Assembly (NCBI GenBank): GCA_017499595.2
Contig: CM039010.1
Coordinates: 620,001-684,000, forward strand
DNA length: 64,000 nt
Direction of reading: 5' to 3'
Source of the DNA: Psilocybe cubensis
Lineage: Eukaryota
A model generated the notes under the pieces. The model was not told the DNA's origin. It worked only from the letters and a program-made list of their open reading frames with translations, and searched no databases. Position 1 is the stretch's first letter. Each line of letters opens with the position of its first letter. Positions 1-14,757 of the stretch are shown in pieces. Position numbers and translations under genes: made by a program.

Positions 1-287
1 AAGCCTCTTTTATGGCTTGTTTTGGTGCCTTTTGCTTTTTGCTGTGTTTCTGGTATTTTGAGGCTGCCTGTAACAAAAGGAAATCGGATCAGACACAATT
101 CAATGGTAGGATCACACTTTTAGAAAATGCAGTTTAAACGAAGAAAGAAAGGTACAATGAGGCTCACCAGTTCTTCCGTTTCATCGTTTACGATGTAATA
201 CTGCGCCGGAATGAGTTTAAGAAGGGATTCAAACGTCGCATTGTGTTTTTCTAATGACTCTCGAAGGGTCGCAGAAGGTGTGGGCAT
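1..287 (-). CDS. RRP14: Rrp14/SURF6-family ribosome biogenesis protein, 5' part (runs off window)
   Basis: ATG at 287; exon 1 reads MPTPSATLRESLEKHNATFESLLKLIPAQYYIVNDETEEL, then a GT-AG intron, then the Lys-rich AASKYQKHSKKQKAPKQAIKEA; resembles the Rrp14 N-terminal F..LL.LIPAKYY motif. Confidence 0.75.
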
Positions 288-507
288 TTTGAAGGGAAGT
301 CCGATATCCCAACTATGAGAGGAAAAGGGAAACGATGGTGAAGTAGAAGAAAGAAGGTGAAGTGAAAGCGTTTTCCACCAAAGAAAATTCTAGGGTTAGG
401 GTCAGTTTTACATTCTAGCAAATCACGTTGGTCATACAACCCCATAATACTCCTTGAACTTGAACGTCAACTATAATCTGCTCATTGTCTAACATCTAAA
501 ACCAATC
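288..507. promoter_or_regulatory. Short bidirectional promoter between RRP14-like and PTPA genes
   Basis: 220 bp between divergent ATGs at 287 (-) and 508 (+). Confidence 0.55.
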
Positions 508-2033
508 ATGTCCTTTAAGAATCCTCGTAAAGCCATTCTCACCAAGCCTCAATTGGAATACTTTCAGTCATCCAAAACGCACCAGGATATTGTCTCGTAC
601 ATCGAGACACTGAATGAAGCCGTAGTCGGAACTAGGCTAACTGATGAATGCCCGATGTCGAACGTGAGCACCACCGAATACTTTTGAAAATAAAGGTCTA
701 TATCAATGAGCAGGGCGCTTCAGCAGTTCTAGGCTTGTTTGATCAAGTGGAAAAGTTGGCGAAGGAAACACCTCCAGTGGATAATAAGGCATCGAGGTTT
801 GGGAATCCTGCTTTTAGGACATTTTACGATAAGATCGCTGAGGTACGCACGTTTGATATACTTAAGCTTGAAAATAACCATACCTGACGATGCGGTCGGC
901 GGTAGAACTCAGAATCATTTCACACATCACTCCCCAATTTGCCACAAGAAAGCATTCCAGAAATATCAGTGTATTTCAACGAGGCATGGGGGAATCGAAC
1001 ACGTATCGATTATGGAAGTGGCATGGAACTGAACTTTTTGTGTTGGATGTGAATATATTTCGCAGTTAGGAGCTTCGTAGACATACTGATTTCTTTTCAC
1101 CGATAGCATATGTTTGGACCGCCTCGGGGTATTACAGGAAAGTGACCATAAAGCAATTGTGCTAAAGATTTTCTGGAGGTACGTCTGTCAATTTATTTCT
1201 TGGTAAATACTGCGATTAACGACCTGCAGGTATATCCAAGTAATGCGCGTACTGCAGTCAACGTACTGGCTAGAACCAGCCGGCTCACATGGTGTATGGG
1301 GTCTGGACGACTATCATTTTCTGCCGTTCCTGTTTGGGTCAGCTCAACTAAGAGGTACGCAGGCATTTTCTTTTTTTGAGTGAAACCGTTGTTTACCACT
1401 AGATTATTGCAGGGCACAAGTATATCAGGCCGAAAGCAATTCACGACGCCGAGATCGTGGAGGAGTACTCTCAATATTATATGTATTTTGCTTGTATTGC
1501 GTTTATCAATTCAGTGCGTCCTATCTCTCTTCAATTCTACATTTGTGTTTAAATAAATAACCTTTTATTACAGATCAAGACTGCCTCTCTACGGTGGCAC
1601 TCGCCCATGCTCGACGATATCTCGGCGGTAAATATCTCTGCCTTGTCGTTTATCTACGTCTTTCTGATTAAGAATTCCGCAGGTGAAAACATGGGACAAA
1701 GTTAACTCTGGCATGATCAAAATGTACCTTGCGGAAGTGTTAGGCAAACTTCCCGTAATGCAACACTTCCTCTTCGGGTCCATACTCACCTACGATGGTC
1801 CTGAGACACCCCATTCACCCTCATTGTCTCCGGAAGATGATGCTCATCGCGGCCACGCTCATGCCCATGCACCAGGGGATCTTGGAGGAGCTGGTCAAAG
1901 GGAGGTCGGGTGGGGTGACTGTTGCGGCATTCCTGTCCCGTCCGTGTTTGCTTCTGTTCAGGCCGAAAAGGAGAAAGAGCAGGGTGGTTTCAAGTTGTCG
2001 GGTCCTGGGATTCGTCCAGTTCCTTTTGATTAA
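508..2033 (+). CDS. RRD2: PP2A phosphatase activator (PTPA), Rrd2/Ypa2 type, multi-exon
   Basis: Motifs [61 protein letters not shown], and C-terminal [11 protein letters not shown]...RPVPFD typical of Rrd2; canonical GT-AG introns. Confidence 0.9.
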
Positions 2034-2370
2034 ATTATTAATGTAAAGATAATAGTACCCGATCTTCATATAAATGTAACAATTGGAGTATTTGGGATAA
2101 GTAATATCTTCGAGATAGATGCGCGACACGTTTCAGACTTCACTTTTGCCGCGTATTAAGGCTCGTATATGCACATCAAAGGTTGAGCCTAAGCTTCGCT
2201 GGTGTGTGTGTACCTGACTTTGAATTAATTGCCAAAGCATTGATGGGTTGTAGTCATGGGTCTCTTTCTGCTTCTTTTACATTCATCTCCAAAACCAATG
2301 TTGCCGAAATTGTCTTTAAATCGGAAACCTGTTTCTGACAACTATATCTGACATAGATATCTTGCAAAGC

Positions 2371-4186
2371 ATGGATCCACACTCACAACATCACTCGAAC
2401 TCGACTTCTGTTGACTCTATAGATTCATGGATGTCTATACGCTCTCCAGGCGAGGATGGCTCGCCGACGATGGCTGCGTCACCGACTGCATTGAACCTGC
2501 CATTTCACGGGAATCGAGACATCATCGACGAGATTTTCTCCTACCTCTCTGTCGACCAATATATGACCCCTAAAACCTTCGACATCACCAGTTTCAATCA
2601 ATTTCTCCCTGAAGACGATCAGGATATCCATAATCGTAAACAAAATAGGCGCAAGCTATGCTCTCTTGCTGTAATGTGCAAATCATTCATGGTCCCCGCA
2701 CTCGATCAGCTGTGGAGGTCGTTGGACAGTTTGTTTCCACTCCTTAAGCTGTTGCCGGCATTTAAAATGACCGATGGAACTTGGGTAAGCGCTTCAACTT
2801 GTTCGTAATACTTTTGCGATGATATTTAAGAGCTGAAATCCAATTTTTCGTAAAAAGGTGTTACGAGGAAAAGTGACGGAGCAAGAATGGGCACGCTTTA
2901 ATTGGTACGCACAACGCGTGCGGCGCTTTACGTACAACAGAGATCCACCAGAGCTGGATATCGCTCTACATACGTACTTCCGCCTCGCGCAACTACACCC
3001 AGAACCACTCTTCCCCAATCTGCACATCCTTCAAGCCGACTTCCTGGTCTCGGGCATTTGCCTCTTCTTCTGCGATTCCCTACGCGAGCTCACGTTGGAT
3101 ACCCTGACAGAAGTAGAAGATAAACTATGCGGCACGGTGCTGGACTCACTCAGCGAGATTGGCGCACGGTTGCAGAAGATTGTGTTGAACGGCATAGGCT
3201 TGTCCAGAGATACAGTACGGATGGTTTTGAACTTCGACTCCGTGAGGCATTTGGAGCTAGAGGGAATGGGGCAGGCGATCAATATGGAGATTCTGGAAGG
3301 AATATGCGCACTTCAGAATTTGTCGTTTCTCGCGATTGATTTCAAGAACTCTATACTTTTGCTTCCGGAACTCCAGACTCTAATGGCTATGGGCGATACT
3401 GGATTCTGGTTGAGAGGGCTAAGAACACTGACGATCAGCGGCCCTCTCCATTTCTCAATCATGTTTGTTCGCCGCATCGCCAGCCAGAACTTGGAAGTAC
3501 TCATATCGTATACCTACGCCCCATTGGCCCCTGCCCATAGTCCTTCGGCTGGAGAGAAACAGGATTTCATAGAGATGGTCGCAGAAAAATGGAAGAACAC
3601 GCTTACACATTTCGAATTTCAGTTATTTCCAGCTTTACCTTTGACAGAAGAAAACGACGTACCGACGGAGGAGTTGTCTACAAGCGCTCTTACGCCTCTG
3701 CTGTCCCTGAGAGGACTGAAGTACCTGCGCTTCCTAGGCTATGTGATGGAAATATCGGATGAAGAAATTTGCAGATGTGCGAGGGCATGGCCAGAGCTGA
3801 CGGTCTTCATTCTTCCGTACGGTATGCCTGGTAGACCAAGACCGACAGTGGCGGCACTGGCTATGCTTGCGAAGTATACCCCAAAATTGAAGTACCTCAC
3901 CATTTCGCTTCAAACAACGGGGAGAAGGTTCGATGCAGGTCCTTTTGCCAACGACCCTGGACTAAGGCACAATCTGCATACGCTGACTGTGGTGAACCCG
4001 AGTGACGATGCATGGGAGCTCACCGATGCTTTGCATTTTGCGAGGCATATCGACCACTTCTTCCCCAATTTGGTGTCCTTGGCGTCGTTCCGCACGGTGG
4101 ACGAGGCGAAATGGTCGCAAGTGTATGATATAATTCGGATGTACCAAAGTGTGAGACGAGATGCAGTTAATATGGTTCCGTGGTAA
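2371..4186 (+). CDS. F-box-like / LRR (RNI-like) protein of the expanded agaricomycete type, 2 exons
   Basis: DIIDEIFSYL...LCSLAVMCKSFMVPALDQLWRSLDSLFPLLKLLP, then W.RF..YA.RVR and leucine-rich repeats (FPNLHIL, WPELTVF, PKLKYL); intron about 2785-2858. Confidence 0.75.
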
Positions 4187-6119
4187 TGATTTACGAGGAA
4201 CTCTTATGCTTTGAAATCTCGGAGGTTGAAGCGAACACTTGGGGTGGCCAGAAACAGCTCTGGAGTTGGGGCATAAGAGTGGGGTTCTCCGCTGTGCTAC
4301 AAGGGACTAGTGGTGGTCAGTACAAGCTGGCGGCATATATAGGCACCTTGATTTTAACGTCCATGTTGATGCGCTACTGTCCTGTTATGTACTGCAGTGG
4401 TGCAAAATGATAATGGGAATAATCACATGATAGGGACATCTGTGGCAGTGACAGGACGCGTCTGCGACGCGTTCGAAATTTCCCCCCTAACTTTCTGTCG
4501 CGTATAATTCGCGTACATTCTTTGCACTCAGGAATATGCGTATACATTTTGGTTTTCAAGGCCGCCGGAGCTCTGGATATCTTCAGTAAATCGACCTCGA
4601 TCTACCTTCATCAAATTCCTGGAATCAAGTTGATACGGAAGGAACCATTTGACACTTTCGCCAGGTAATATTTTGTAACTGAATTACCGACGAAACTTCC
4701 ATCAACCTGAAGCTCAAACATATATTTTTCAACTCTGGTAGCCTTGTGTATACAACACTTGAAGCCATCGTCTTTAACTGCCTTAAATTTTGTGCCTTTA
4801 TTCTTTCCCTCATCTCAGACATCTTCAGAAGTTCAACTATCGAGTTTTCGTTGTGTTCACATTGGCTTTCCCTGCAGTTTTGGCCCAAGTGATTGTTTTT
4901 TTAGCGGTTCAATTCGACCCCATTCGATTTCTTTCCGATGCATCCCAATCCGTGTCCCTAGAAGTCAACTGTGACCTCTCAAACTTGAAGCCTAACGCAC
5001 CTACGAAGAGAAGCGCACTGAAATATACATCCTACGCTTTACAGTTAATGAAGTTCTGACTTTCTTCTTTTATCTTTTGCTGAATTTTATTCAATAGGTT
5101 AGGCCGTAATCCGTGCAAAGGGGTCTTTTAATGAATTATGCCTCACTGTGGCCAATAGTGCACATCAATATCTAGTTTTTCAAAGCAGCTCCGTACATTT
5201 GTCAACTTTTTTGTACTGATTTTGTTCAGAGATACTACCTTGGAACCATCGTTATTTCTCTGCCTCGCCCGGTTATATTTTATGGACCAGATTACTGGAC
5301 ATATTGTGGCCTATGAATCCAAAAAGATTTTAGGACCTGTTGTATATGAGGATCTTCCGTGTTTATTTGTGGAACTCTATTTCGAGCTGGCGGTGTTCTT
5401 AAAGAACACCACAAGTTGAAGGCCCCATTATAACACCGGGTTCATGTCCATAGTGCTCCGTTGCACATCAATGTCCCGCTTGCCTCGCTTCCTCACCTTG
5501 TCAATCATTTATATCAGAGTTCCTGAATTTGCTGTACTCGTTGTATTGAAAGCTAAAAGCTTCAAGCTTCAATCATTGCCTTTCACTAGTGCCAGTCGAG
5601 CCCCTGATACCGGGGTTATAGCAAAAGTTAATTGAAGGCAAGCAACTTTTTCACCTTCACTTTCATCGCTCGCCGTACCATCTGATTGACCCAGTGATTG
5701 TCAAGACCGATTCTTCTCGATTCTTCGGTATGTCATAGTGCTGCGGCCATTTTCCGTGTCGCGGTAATAAACATCCGCATCATTTACACACGGCATGCTT
5801 TCTCCTTGCAACGAATCAACAGAACTACCCTTGCTTCGAACTGTACGGGCTGTGTGTTGTATTCTTGTCTGTGAAATATCAAATATCTGTCTTTGTATTC
5901 ACAGCGTGTTTGAGACAAGATCTGTAGCGGCCGGAGTGCCCATTTGAGTGACATTGGGTGGCCAGCCAGCACGTGGGAAGTTTGCCATCAGTTTCTTTCT
6001 TCACGACCACGACCACCCACCGTACCACCGCATTTCGTTCTTTTCTTTCCCTCTTCCTTCCACCAAATCCTATCAAAAGCCTCTGAGCGGTCTTCGCTGC
6101 CCGCTCACCAGCAGCAACA

Positions 6120-9100
6120 ATGAACAGGCAGTCATCAGCGACGATGTCTGCCCACCAGCGCCTCGAGGCAGCGACAGACCTCGCCCGGCTCTCCCCCATT
6201 TCTGACGACATCATTGTCGCCTGCCTCCGAGAGCGTTTCATGGCAGACACCATCTACACCAACATCGGCACTTCAGGCCTTGTAGCGTTGAACCCACACA
6301 AGTATGTCGCCTCTACGTCCGATGCGTGGTTGCACAAGTACGCCGCCGAGTACAGGGATACGGACGCCGCAGAGATGAAGAAGGAGAGACTCCCGCCACA
6401 CATTTTTCAGATGGCCAACAACGCATACTATCATATGAGGAGGACCACGCAGGATCAGTGTCTTATATTCAGGTGAGTTGGCATTTCTTGAGGGGCTACT
6501 CCTTACTCATCCTCATTTCGTAGCGGTGAAACCGGCTCTGGCAAATCGGAAAACCGTCGTCTTGCCATTAAATCTATCCTCGAGCTCAGCGTCTCCTCCC
6601 CTGGCAAAAAGGGTTCTAAACTCGCTTCCCAACTCCCCGCCTCCGAGTTTGTCCTCGAATCATTTGGCAACGCCCGCACCCTCTTCAATCCCAACGCCTC
6701 TCGCTTCGGCAAATACACCGAGCTTCAATTCTCCGACCGCGGCAGACTTTCGGGTGTCAAGACTCTGGACTACTATTTGGAGCGAAATCGGGTCGCCGCC
6801 GTCCCCAGCGGCGAACGGAATTTCCATATTTTTTATTATCTCGTGGCTGGAGCGTCACCAGAAGAGAAGCAGCATTTGCATCTGCTGGACAAAACTACCT
6901 ACCGATACCTAGGCCATCGTGGGAGTACCTCCGCGTCCGCCCGGCCGCAGGATGACGACGGCCAGCGATTCGATCAGCTTAAAATAGCGTTAAAAGCGAT
7001 CGGATTCTCAAAGCGTCACGTAGCGCAGACATGCCAACTCGTCGCTGCCATTTTGCATCTTGGAAATTTGGAGTTCATCATCGACAGGCATCGTAACGAA
7101 GACGCTGCAGTCGTGCGAAACACCGAGCTGCTTGGAATCATTGCAGACTTTCTGGGCATTTCGGCCTCCTCTCTGGAATCAGCTTTGTCATACAAGACGA
7201 AGCTAGTGAAAAAGGAGCTATGTACGGTGTTCCTCGACCCTGATGGTGCGTCGGACAATAGGGATGATCTTGCGAAGACGTTGTATTCGCTCCTTTTCAC
7301 GTGGCTGAACGAGCACATCAACCAGAAACTGTGCAAAGATGATTTCAGCACTTTCATCGGCCTTTTCGATCTCCCAGGTCCCCAGAACATGAGTTCTCGA
7401 CCTAACTCTCTTGACCAGTTCCTCGTCAACTTTGCCAACGAGAGACTGCATCACTGGACACAGCGTGTACTTTTTGAGAAGCACGTTGCCGAATATAACT
7501 TGGAAGGCATTGCACGCTTCGTGCCCCAGGTGCCTTATTTCGACAATTCAGAATGCGTGAGGTTGCTGCAGAATAATCCAGGAGGTCTCATACACATCAT
7601 GGATGATCAAGCAAGGAGACAGCACAAAAAGACGGATATGAGCATGGTCGAGGCCTTTGGAAAGAGGTGGGGTAACCATTCGTCGTTCAAGACGGGTGGC
7701 GTTGACCGCGCAGGATTCCCGAGTTTCACGGTTAATCACTATAATGGAGCTGTGACCTATTCCTCCGAGGGTTTCCTTGATAAGAACCTGGATGCAATCA
7801 ATCCGGACTTCGTCAGCCTTCTTAGAGGATCAACAGAGGGCGCAGGAGGCGATGGCGGGTCTTTCAACCCCTTCGTGAAGGGTCTTTTCTCGGGCAAAGT
7901 GATTGCGACCCAGGTTCATCCCCGCAATGAAGATACCATCGTTGCTGCCCAACAGGCTGTTAAGCCCCGCCGCGCCCCGTCTACTCGGCGGAAAGGTACC
8001 ATCAAACGTATGCCTACGGTCAAAGAAGGTACTGGTGGCGACATGGAAGAGAGGGATGACGACGACGATGCTCAAGCCGGTGGCCAACATATAACCGGTT
8101 CAAGTCCTTGTCTGGCAGGCGAATTCAAGGCAGCACTAGACACTTTGTTCGAGACCCTCGACGACACGCAGCCATGGCACATCTTTTGCGTCACGCCGAA
8201 CGATGCACAACTTCCAAATCAACTCGAAGGCAGGAGCGTCAAAGGCCAGGTCAAGGCACTTGGCCTGAGTGAAGTCGCGAGGAGAAACGGATGTGTATTT
8301 GAAGTTGGAATGACACCTCAAGAATTTTGTCAAAGGTACGGGGAATGCTTAGGAGAGAAGGGTGTAGAGGAAGGAGACGAGAGGGAAAGGATCGAGCAGG
8401 CTCGTAGAGTATTTGGGTTGGGAGATAGGGATTTAGCTGTCGGGACGCACAAGGTGAGTTTCACAATTCATACTCTTTTTAGCCTTTTGCTTTGTTATTT
8501 GACTGGTTTGACTGACAAAATATCGTGATAGGTGTTCCTCTCTCAGGCAGCCTTCCACAGGTTTGAAGACCGGCTACGTGCTAAGGATAGTGAAGAGCAG
8601 AAGCGTAATCGCCAACGAGATGCAGAAGCAGAGGCAGGCCTTGATCCTCGTGGCCTCAATGACCCCTATGCGCCATATCGTTCACCTCATGAGGAGATGG
8701 ATCCTTCTTGGGGCAACAACCACAACCTCGGCAGCAACAACTACAGCGACGCGTATGCAGGATCGAATCAGGCTCTCCCACTTGTCGCAAATGCTTCACC
8801 CTTCCAACGAGCAGACATGTACGATGACGAGTACGACGAGAACAAGTCTGTGCGATCGGATGACTTTGATGCTCGCTCCAAGGACACAAGTCAAAGGGAC
8901 GATTCCATGTCGCACTTTGGGTCCGAATCATACGCCCCGTCACGAAATATGATCCAACACACGGATAAGAGGGGTTTGATGGAGAAGGAGGCATTGGCCG
9001 GAGAGATACAGGAAGGCGAGACGGCTGAGGTGTTGAAAGAGTCCTCAGCTAGAAGGCGATGGGTTACGCTATGTTGGATATTGACGTGGTGGGTACCCTC

Positions 9101-12100
9101 GCCGTGCCTAACCTACATCGGACGCATGAAACGTATGGACGTTCGCCAGGCGTGGCGAGAGAAACTGGCTCTCAATCTCATCATTTGGTTAATCTGCGGT
9201 GTTGCTATCTTCGTCATCGCTGTATTGGGTGCTGTTATCTGCCCAACGGAACACGTTTTCAATTCGGCAGAGTTGGCATCGCACTCATCGACATTGAGCC
9301 CTAACAATGTGCTCACGTCCATCAGAGGAGAGGTCTTCGATTTGACGAACATTGCGCAAACGCATAGGCGTATTGTGGGTGTTGTACCGGCCAAGGCGAT
9401 TTTGAGTTACGGTGGACAGTCGGCGGACTCCATTTTCCCTGTTCAGGTGCATATCCATCCTTTCTTGTTTAACATTTCTTTCTGAGAATATCCTTTAGGT
9501 CAGTGCTCTTTGCAACGGAGTAACGGGTTCGGTCAGTCCTTATGTTATCCTGGATTCTAAAAACAATACGGATGTGAACGCACAATATCACGACTTCCGT
9601 GTGTTCACGAATGACTCGAGGCCAGATTGGTACTTTGAAAGGATGGTTGAGATGCGTTACCAAGCGCGGGTTGGGTTCGTTGGAATGACGCCGAAGGAAA
9701 TCAGGAACCAAGCCAGCTCAGGCAGATCAGTCGCTATCTATAACGGGCTTGTTTACGACGTTACCACCTATTTGACCAGCCCGCCCGCTATCCGAACACC
9801 AGATGGCACTCAAGCACCTGCCGACACCGATGTAAACTTTATGTCGGGCGACGTGCTCAATCTTTTCAAGTTCAATGCGGGACAGGATATTACAAAGAAA
9901 TTGAACAATCTCAATATTGACCGCAACGTTCTGGCCCGGCAAAAGGTTTGCCTACGCAATCTGTTCTTAGTGGCGAAGGTCGACAACCGCCAGTCTCCGC
10001 AATGCATTTTCTCGCAGTACATTCTGCTCGTACTATCTTCACTGATGGTGGCGATCATCGGTTTCAAATTCCTTGCCTCAATTAACTTCGGCGCGGCGCG
10101 TGCGCCTGAAGACCACGATAAATTCGTAATTTGCCAAGTACCATGCTACACGGAGGGCGAGTCCTCCCTCCGTAAAACGATCGATTCGCTCGCCCAGATG
10201 AAGTATGATGATAAGCGCAAGCTCATCGTCGTCATCTGCGACGGTATGATTGTTGGTTCAGGTAACGATCGTCCCACGCCGCGCATTGTGCTCGATATTC
10301 TCGGCGCAGACCCCAATTTGGACCCAGAGCCATTGAGTTTTGTTAGCTTGGGAGAAGGTGCGAAGCAGCACAATATGGGCAAGGTGTACTCTGGCTTGTA
10401 TGAGTGTGCTGGTCATGTCGTACCCTACCTCGTTATTGTCAAGATCGGAAAACCCACTGAACGCTCGAGGCCGGGTAATAGGGGTAAACGTGACTCGCAG
10501 ATGGTGTTGATGCACTTCTTGAACAAGGTCTTCAATTTTGTCCTCTATTCGTTTGGTATGGTATACTGACTTTTTGGTTGAAGGTTCACTTTAATACTCC
10601 CATGAACCCCTTGGAACTTGAGATGTATCATCAGATCAAGAACGTCATCGGCGTCAATCCGTCTTTCTACGAGTATCTTTTCATGGTGGACGCTGATACA
10701 ACCGTCGATCCTCTGTCTGTTAATCGTCTCATTTCTGCGTGAGTTAGTTGTCTGTTCTTTTTTTCAACGATACTGATGTTGTTATTAGGATGATTCATGA
10801 CAAAAAGCTTCTAGGATGTTGTGGTGAAACTGAACTAGCAAACGCCAAGCAGTCCCTAATCACCATGATGCAGGTTTGTCCAAACTTTTTGTCAAGTGTT
10901 TACTCTTGTAGCTCATTCCTTTCATCAGGTTTACGAGTACTTCATTTCGCATCACATGGCAAAAGCTTTCGAAAGTCTTTTCGGTTCCGTTACCTGTTTG
11001 CCTGGTTGTTTCACGCTCTATCGTTTGCGCACGGCCGACACGCACAAGCCTCTGCTTATTTCAAACCAGATGATCACAGATTACTCCGAAAATCGTGTCG
11101 ACACTCTGCATATGAAGAACCTCTTACATCTCGGTGAAGATCGATATCTCACGACGTTGCTCTTGAAACATTTCCCCCGGTTTAAGACACAGTTCATTCG
11201 TGACGCTCATGCATACACTGTGGCTCCCGATGACTGGAAAGTCTTGCTCTCTCAGCGTCGACGCTGGATCAACTCCACTGTGCACAACCTTGGTGAACTT
11301 GTCTTTTTGGAACAACTGTGTGGCTTCTGCTGTTTCTCCATGCGCTTCGTGGTAATGATGGATCTGCTTTCGACACTGACCCAACCCGTGACAGTCGCAT
11401 ATGTGAGTATCCATTTTACATTTATCTCAGCTGTCAATGCTTAAGCTCCTATGTTAGCTTGTATATCTTGTCTACTTGGTGGCTGCGTTGGGCAAAGCTA
11501 TTCCGACCCTATCGTTGATCATGATTGCTGCCATCTACGGTCTCCAAGCATTGGTCTTCATCATGAGACGTAAATGGGATATGATCGGATGGATGATATT
11601 CTACATCTTTGCCATTCCTGCATTTTCTTTCTTCCTCCCGCTGTATTCGTTCTGGAAGATGGACGATTTCTCTTGGGGTCAAACGCGTGTTGTCTTGGGA
11701 GAATCTGGGAAGAAGATGATTGTTCACGTGAGCCGATATCGACATTTCTTCTTATGCTGTACCTTTTGTCTGACGTCATTGCCTATAGGATGAAGGCAAA
11801 TTTGATCCTAGGTCTATTCCTTTGAAATCATGGTCCGACTATGTATGATTTTATTCCACCTTCTTCATATCAATCCCTTTCTAAATTGTTTTTATAGGAA
11901 AATGAACTCTGGGACAAAGAGTCTAACCATAGCATCGGTTCTTGGGTACCTCCCGTCAAGACCAAGAATGAAGGATACGCCGAATCACGAACAGCTTCCC
12001 TCTATGGACGCGAAACCTACTATGAACCTCGGAGCTTCTCGCCTGCTCCCTCACAACGTGGAATGTATCCTCCTCCAGGCTATCATTCCGGTCGGAATAC

Positions 12101-12413
12101 ACCTCAGTCACCTTTCCACACTGGCTTAGAAACTGGACTTATTCAACCAACACCCTCTAGGCCAATCACTAATTATTTGGATATACCCATTCCAAACACG
12201 CAAAGCCCTGAAGATGTGGACCTTCTTGGGAGTGGACCATCGGATGCCGACATTGAGCGTGCCGTGCAAGAGGTGTTGCGTTCAGCAGATCTGAATACTG
12301 TCACCAAACGTGAAATCCGCAGGCAGCTTGAAGAATATTTCGGTATAGATTTAACGTCGCGCAAGGCTGTCATCAACGCTTCTATCGATCGGATCCTCCT
12401 CAATCAAAATTAA
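6120..12413 (+). CDS. Class V chitin synthase with N-terminal myosin motor (CsmA/Mcs1 type), cytochrome-b5-like and DEK-C domains; GT2
   Basis: Myosin motifs [35 protein letters not shown]2 motifs [32 protein letters not shown]-terminal DEK-C ([23 protein letters not shown]); canonical introns. Confidence 0.95.
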
Positions 12414-14757
12414 TAATATTATCGCTTTCGGTGGACTCTTTTTCTCTCTTCTTGATCATTTGGTGGCCTCCTTTTCTTTTACGGATTATTCCTATTTTTC
12501 GTCACGAACTTCCCCATGCCCCTCGTTTACAAGTTGTCGAACATATACTAGTAGTACACACTCGGACCTTGCTCTCCTGACAGACAGTATTATACATACA
12601 ATTCACACTACACATACTACCACTTTACATACCGGACACTGTGTCACATGTTTATCCATAATTGCATAGAACCATTCTTTCTTGAATACTTTACCGCAGA
12701 CAGTGAACTTCGGCTTGATAGTGGACTTTTCAAACCAAGGCCCAAAAAGAGAAATGGATAAAAAGAACGATGAAAAGGGAGTGTGTTCCTTGTGTGTTCA
12801 CTGAAAATTTGAACACGGCAAAATCACCGTGACGGAAAGCTAGCAAAATCGTCGAGTAGTTGCAAAAAAGTGGACCTATGAGAATTAGCATCAATACCAC
12901 CACATCAACAGCGTTTCTAGAGCCCTTTCCTTCTCAAACTGGTCAAATATTTGTTAAACTTTTACCGCCCACAAGCTTGTACAGATCAAGAATCGAAAGA
13001 GTATTGTCGACTTTATTAGTCAACTCATTGGGAGGTGGTTTCCGGGAAAGTCAAGGGCGTACAGTTAGCATAGCTTCGCTCAGGGTCGTAATATACATAG
13101 GCTCTGAGCTACGCAGCATCGCCTTGAGAGTAAGTAGATAGTTCTTCAACATTCCATAATCTATACATTAGAACCTAAATTGTACAGCATACTCCGATGT
13201 AAGAATTTACAGAAGTTTATAGTTATTTTCTTATCGATAGACCTATTACCTAAATTTACACATACACGGACAATGAATTTCACTAAGCGGACCTGGCATG
13301 TCCAAAAAATGGGATGTAAGGTTGAGAGTCTCCGGTCCCAGATTCGGTCACAAATATGAATCTGTTGTGGTCGAGTCTCGATAGAGTCTAGGCGAATTTG
13401 TAGTAATCTACAAATGTAGATTAGATTACTGACAGTGTATTCGCGTTCGATCCTTCCTATGAATTTAACTCGTGCTGGTTATCAACCCAAAATAATCTCC
13501 TTCCACACAGGCCCATCTCCGAGTGCTTTTTCCAAGTATCTCTTTTTGATCCATCCAACAGCTACACGCTCAGCCCACTGGCCCTCTCCGTGCCATTCAA
13601 TCAGCATAACCATATACCGCCAACCAGGTTCGTTGTCCATTCGCCCGTCCTTGGCCCTTTCATCTCGTGCTTCGCATATAACAATGAACTCAAACACATT
13701 GGGAACATTATTCTTGCACCAGTCAGGACGCAGATATATTATACCTAGTTCGCGTTTGCTATCGCCGTAAATTCCCAGCATCGTGTATCCACTTTTGGGT
13801 TTTATCTTGGGTGGGGGACTCTGGGCCTTATCCAGCTTGAACATGGCGGAAACCGTCCAAAATTGCAAAAATCCTGATCCAGGGTTAGGATTATAAGCGT
13901 CAGGGGTATATGTCGGTGCTCCTGTAAGCGTTCGGGGAGTCGGTTCCGTTCGACTACAATCGAAAGGGAAGCGATTCTGAACATGCCCACCATAGAAGTT
14001 CCGAGGACCACGAGAAGTTACTGCTACGTCGGCCTTTGGGGTCCACACGCGTATGCAATCTTCCAAATTGTGAGCTCTCCTTTGGTACCAGATAATCCAC
14101 GTGCGCTTCCGTTGCGCAACTCTGATCCTCGATATGCTACGGCTGTACCAATCCCAGATACGTGGAAATGGCGCACCCTGCCAGCCCGACCACGACCAAC
14201 TTGGCGCATCATGCAGACGGGTTTGGGGGTCCAGGGGTCCCCAAATAAGGAACCAGTCGAAGAATTTGTCTGGAATACCATGGCATAGAGTAACCTTCAA
14301 ATCCGTTTTAAAGTATCGCATTATTCCGGCAAATGCGTTGTATATGTCGCTGCGGTATGTAAGAGCTAGTCCAGCGTAGCTTTGAATCAATCCTTCGAAT
14401 TCCCCGATGTCGTCAGGATCTTTGTCACGACTTTCTACAAGTCCATGACTCTTGGTGTACCGGTCTTCAAAAACATGATCCTCCCGCCATTCGTGGGCTC
14501 TTCGACAGCCAAAAATAACTTGCCCTCCAGCAAATGTTAGATTGCGTTTCGAGAATAGCCTCTCCTGGAATCTTTAATACTGTTAAATACATGGACATCG
14601 ATTCTACTCACGTCCAAGCCCTGCTTGCGTAAACTGAATTGCCTACCAAGGTTTAAACGCAAGCCTGAATCCTGGTTTGATTTCCTTGATCGGTTGTACT
14701 ACACCTCGAGTTCCAGGAAGACCGACATAAGCCAATTTGTCTGACGACCTGCATCGC
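11328..14757. repeat. Tandem segmental duplication, copy 1 (chitin synthase 3' end + HET 3' part)
   Basis: Near-identical to 22527-25479; both copies give the same 116-aa and almost the same 302-aa ORFs. Confidence 0.95.
13482..14757 (-). pseudogene. Truncated duplicate of the HET-domain gene 3' half
   Basis: 302-aa ORF nearly identical to 23938-24846; 5' side has a 13-bp frameshifting deletion and a deletion of over 200 bp; no N-terminal part. Confidence 0.85.

Noticed and set aside
4560-6100. Possible head-to-head class VII chitin synthase partner or small genes upstream of the class V gene
   Set aside because: Only short ORFs without recognisable motifs; treated as intergenic/promoter
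7016-12403. Antisense ORFs within the chitin synthase (and similarly within the AMSH and amidohydrolase genes)
   Set aside because: Shadow frames of well-supported genes
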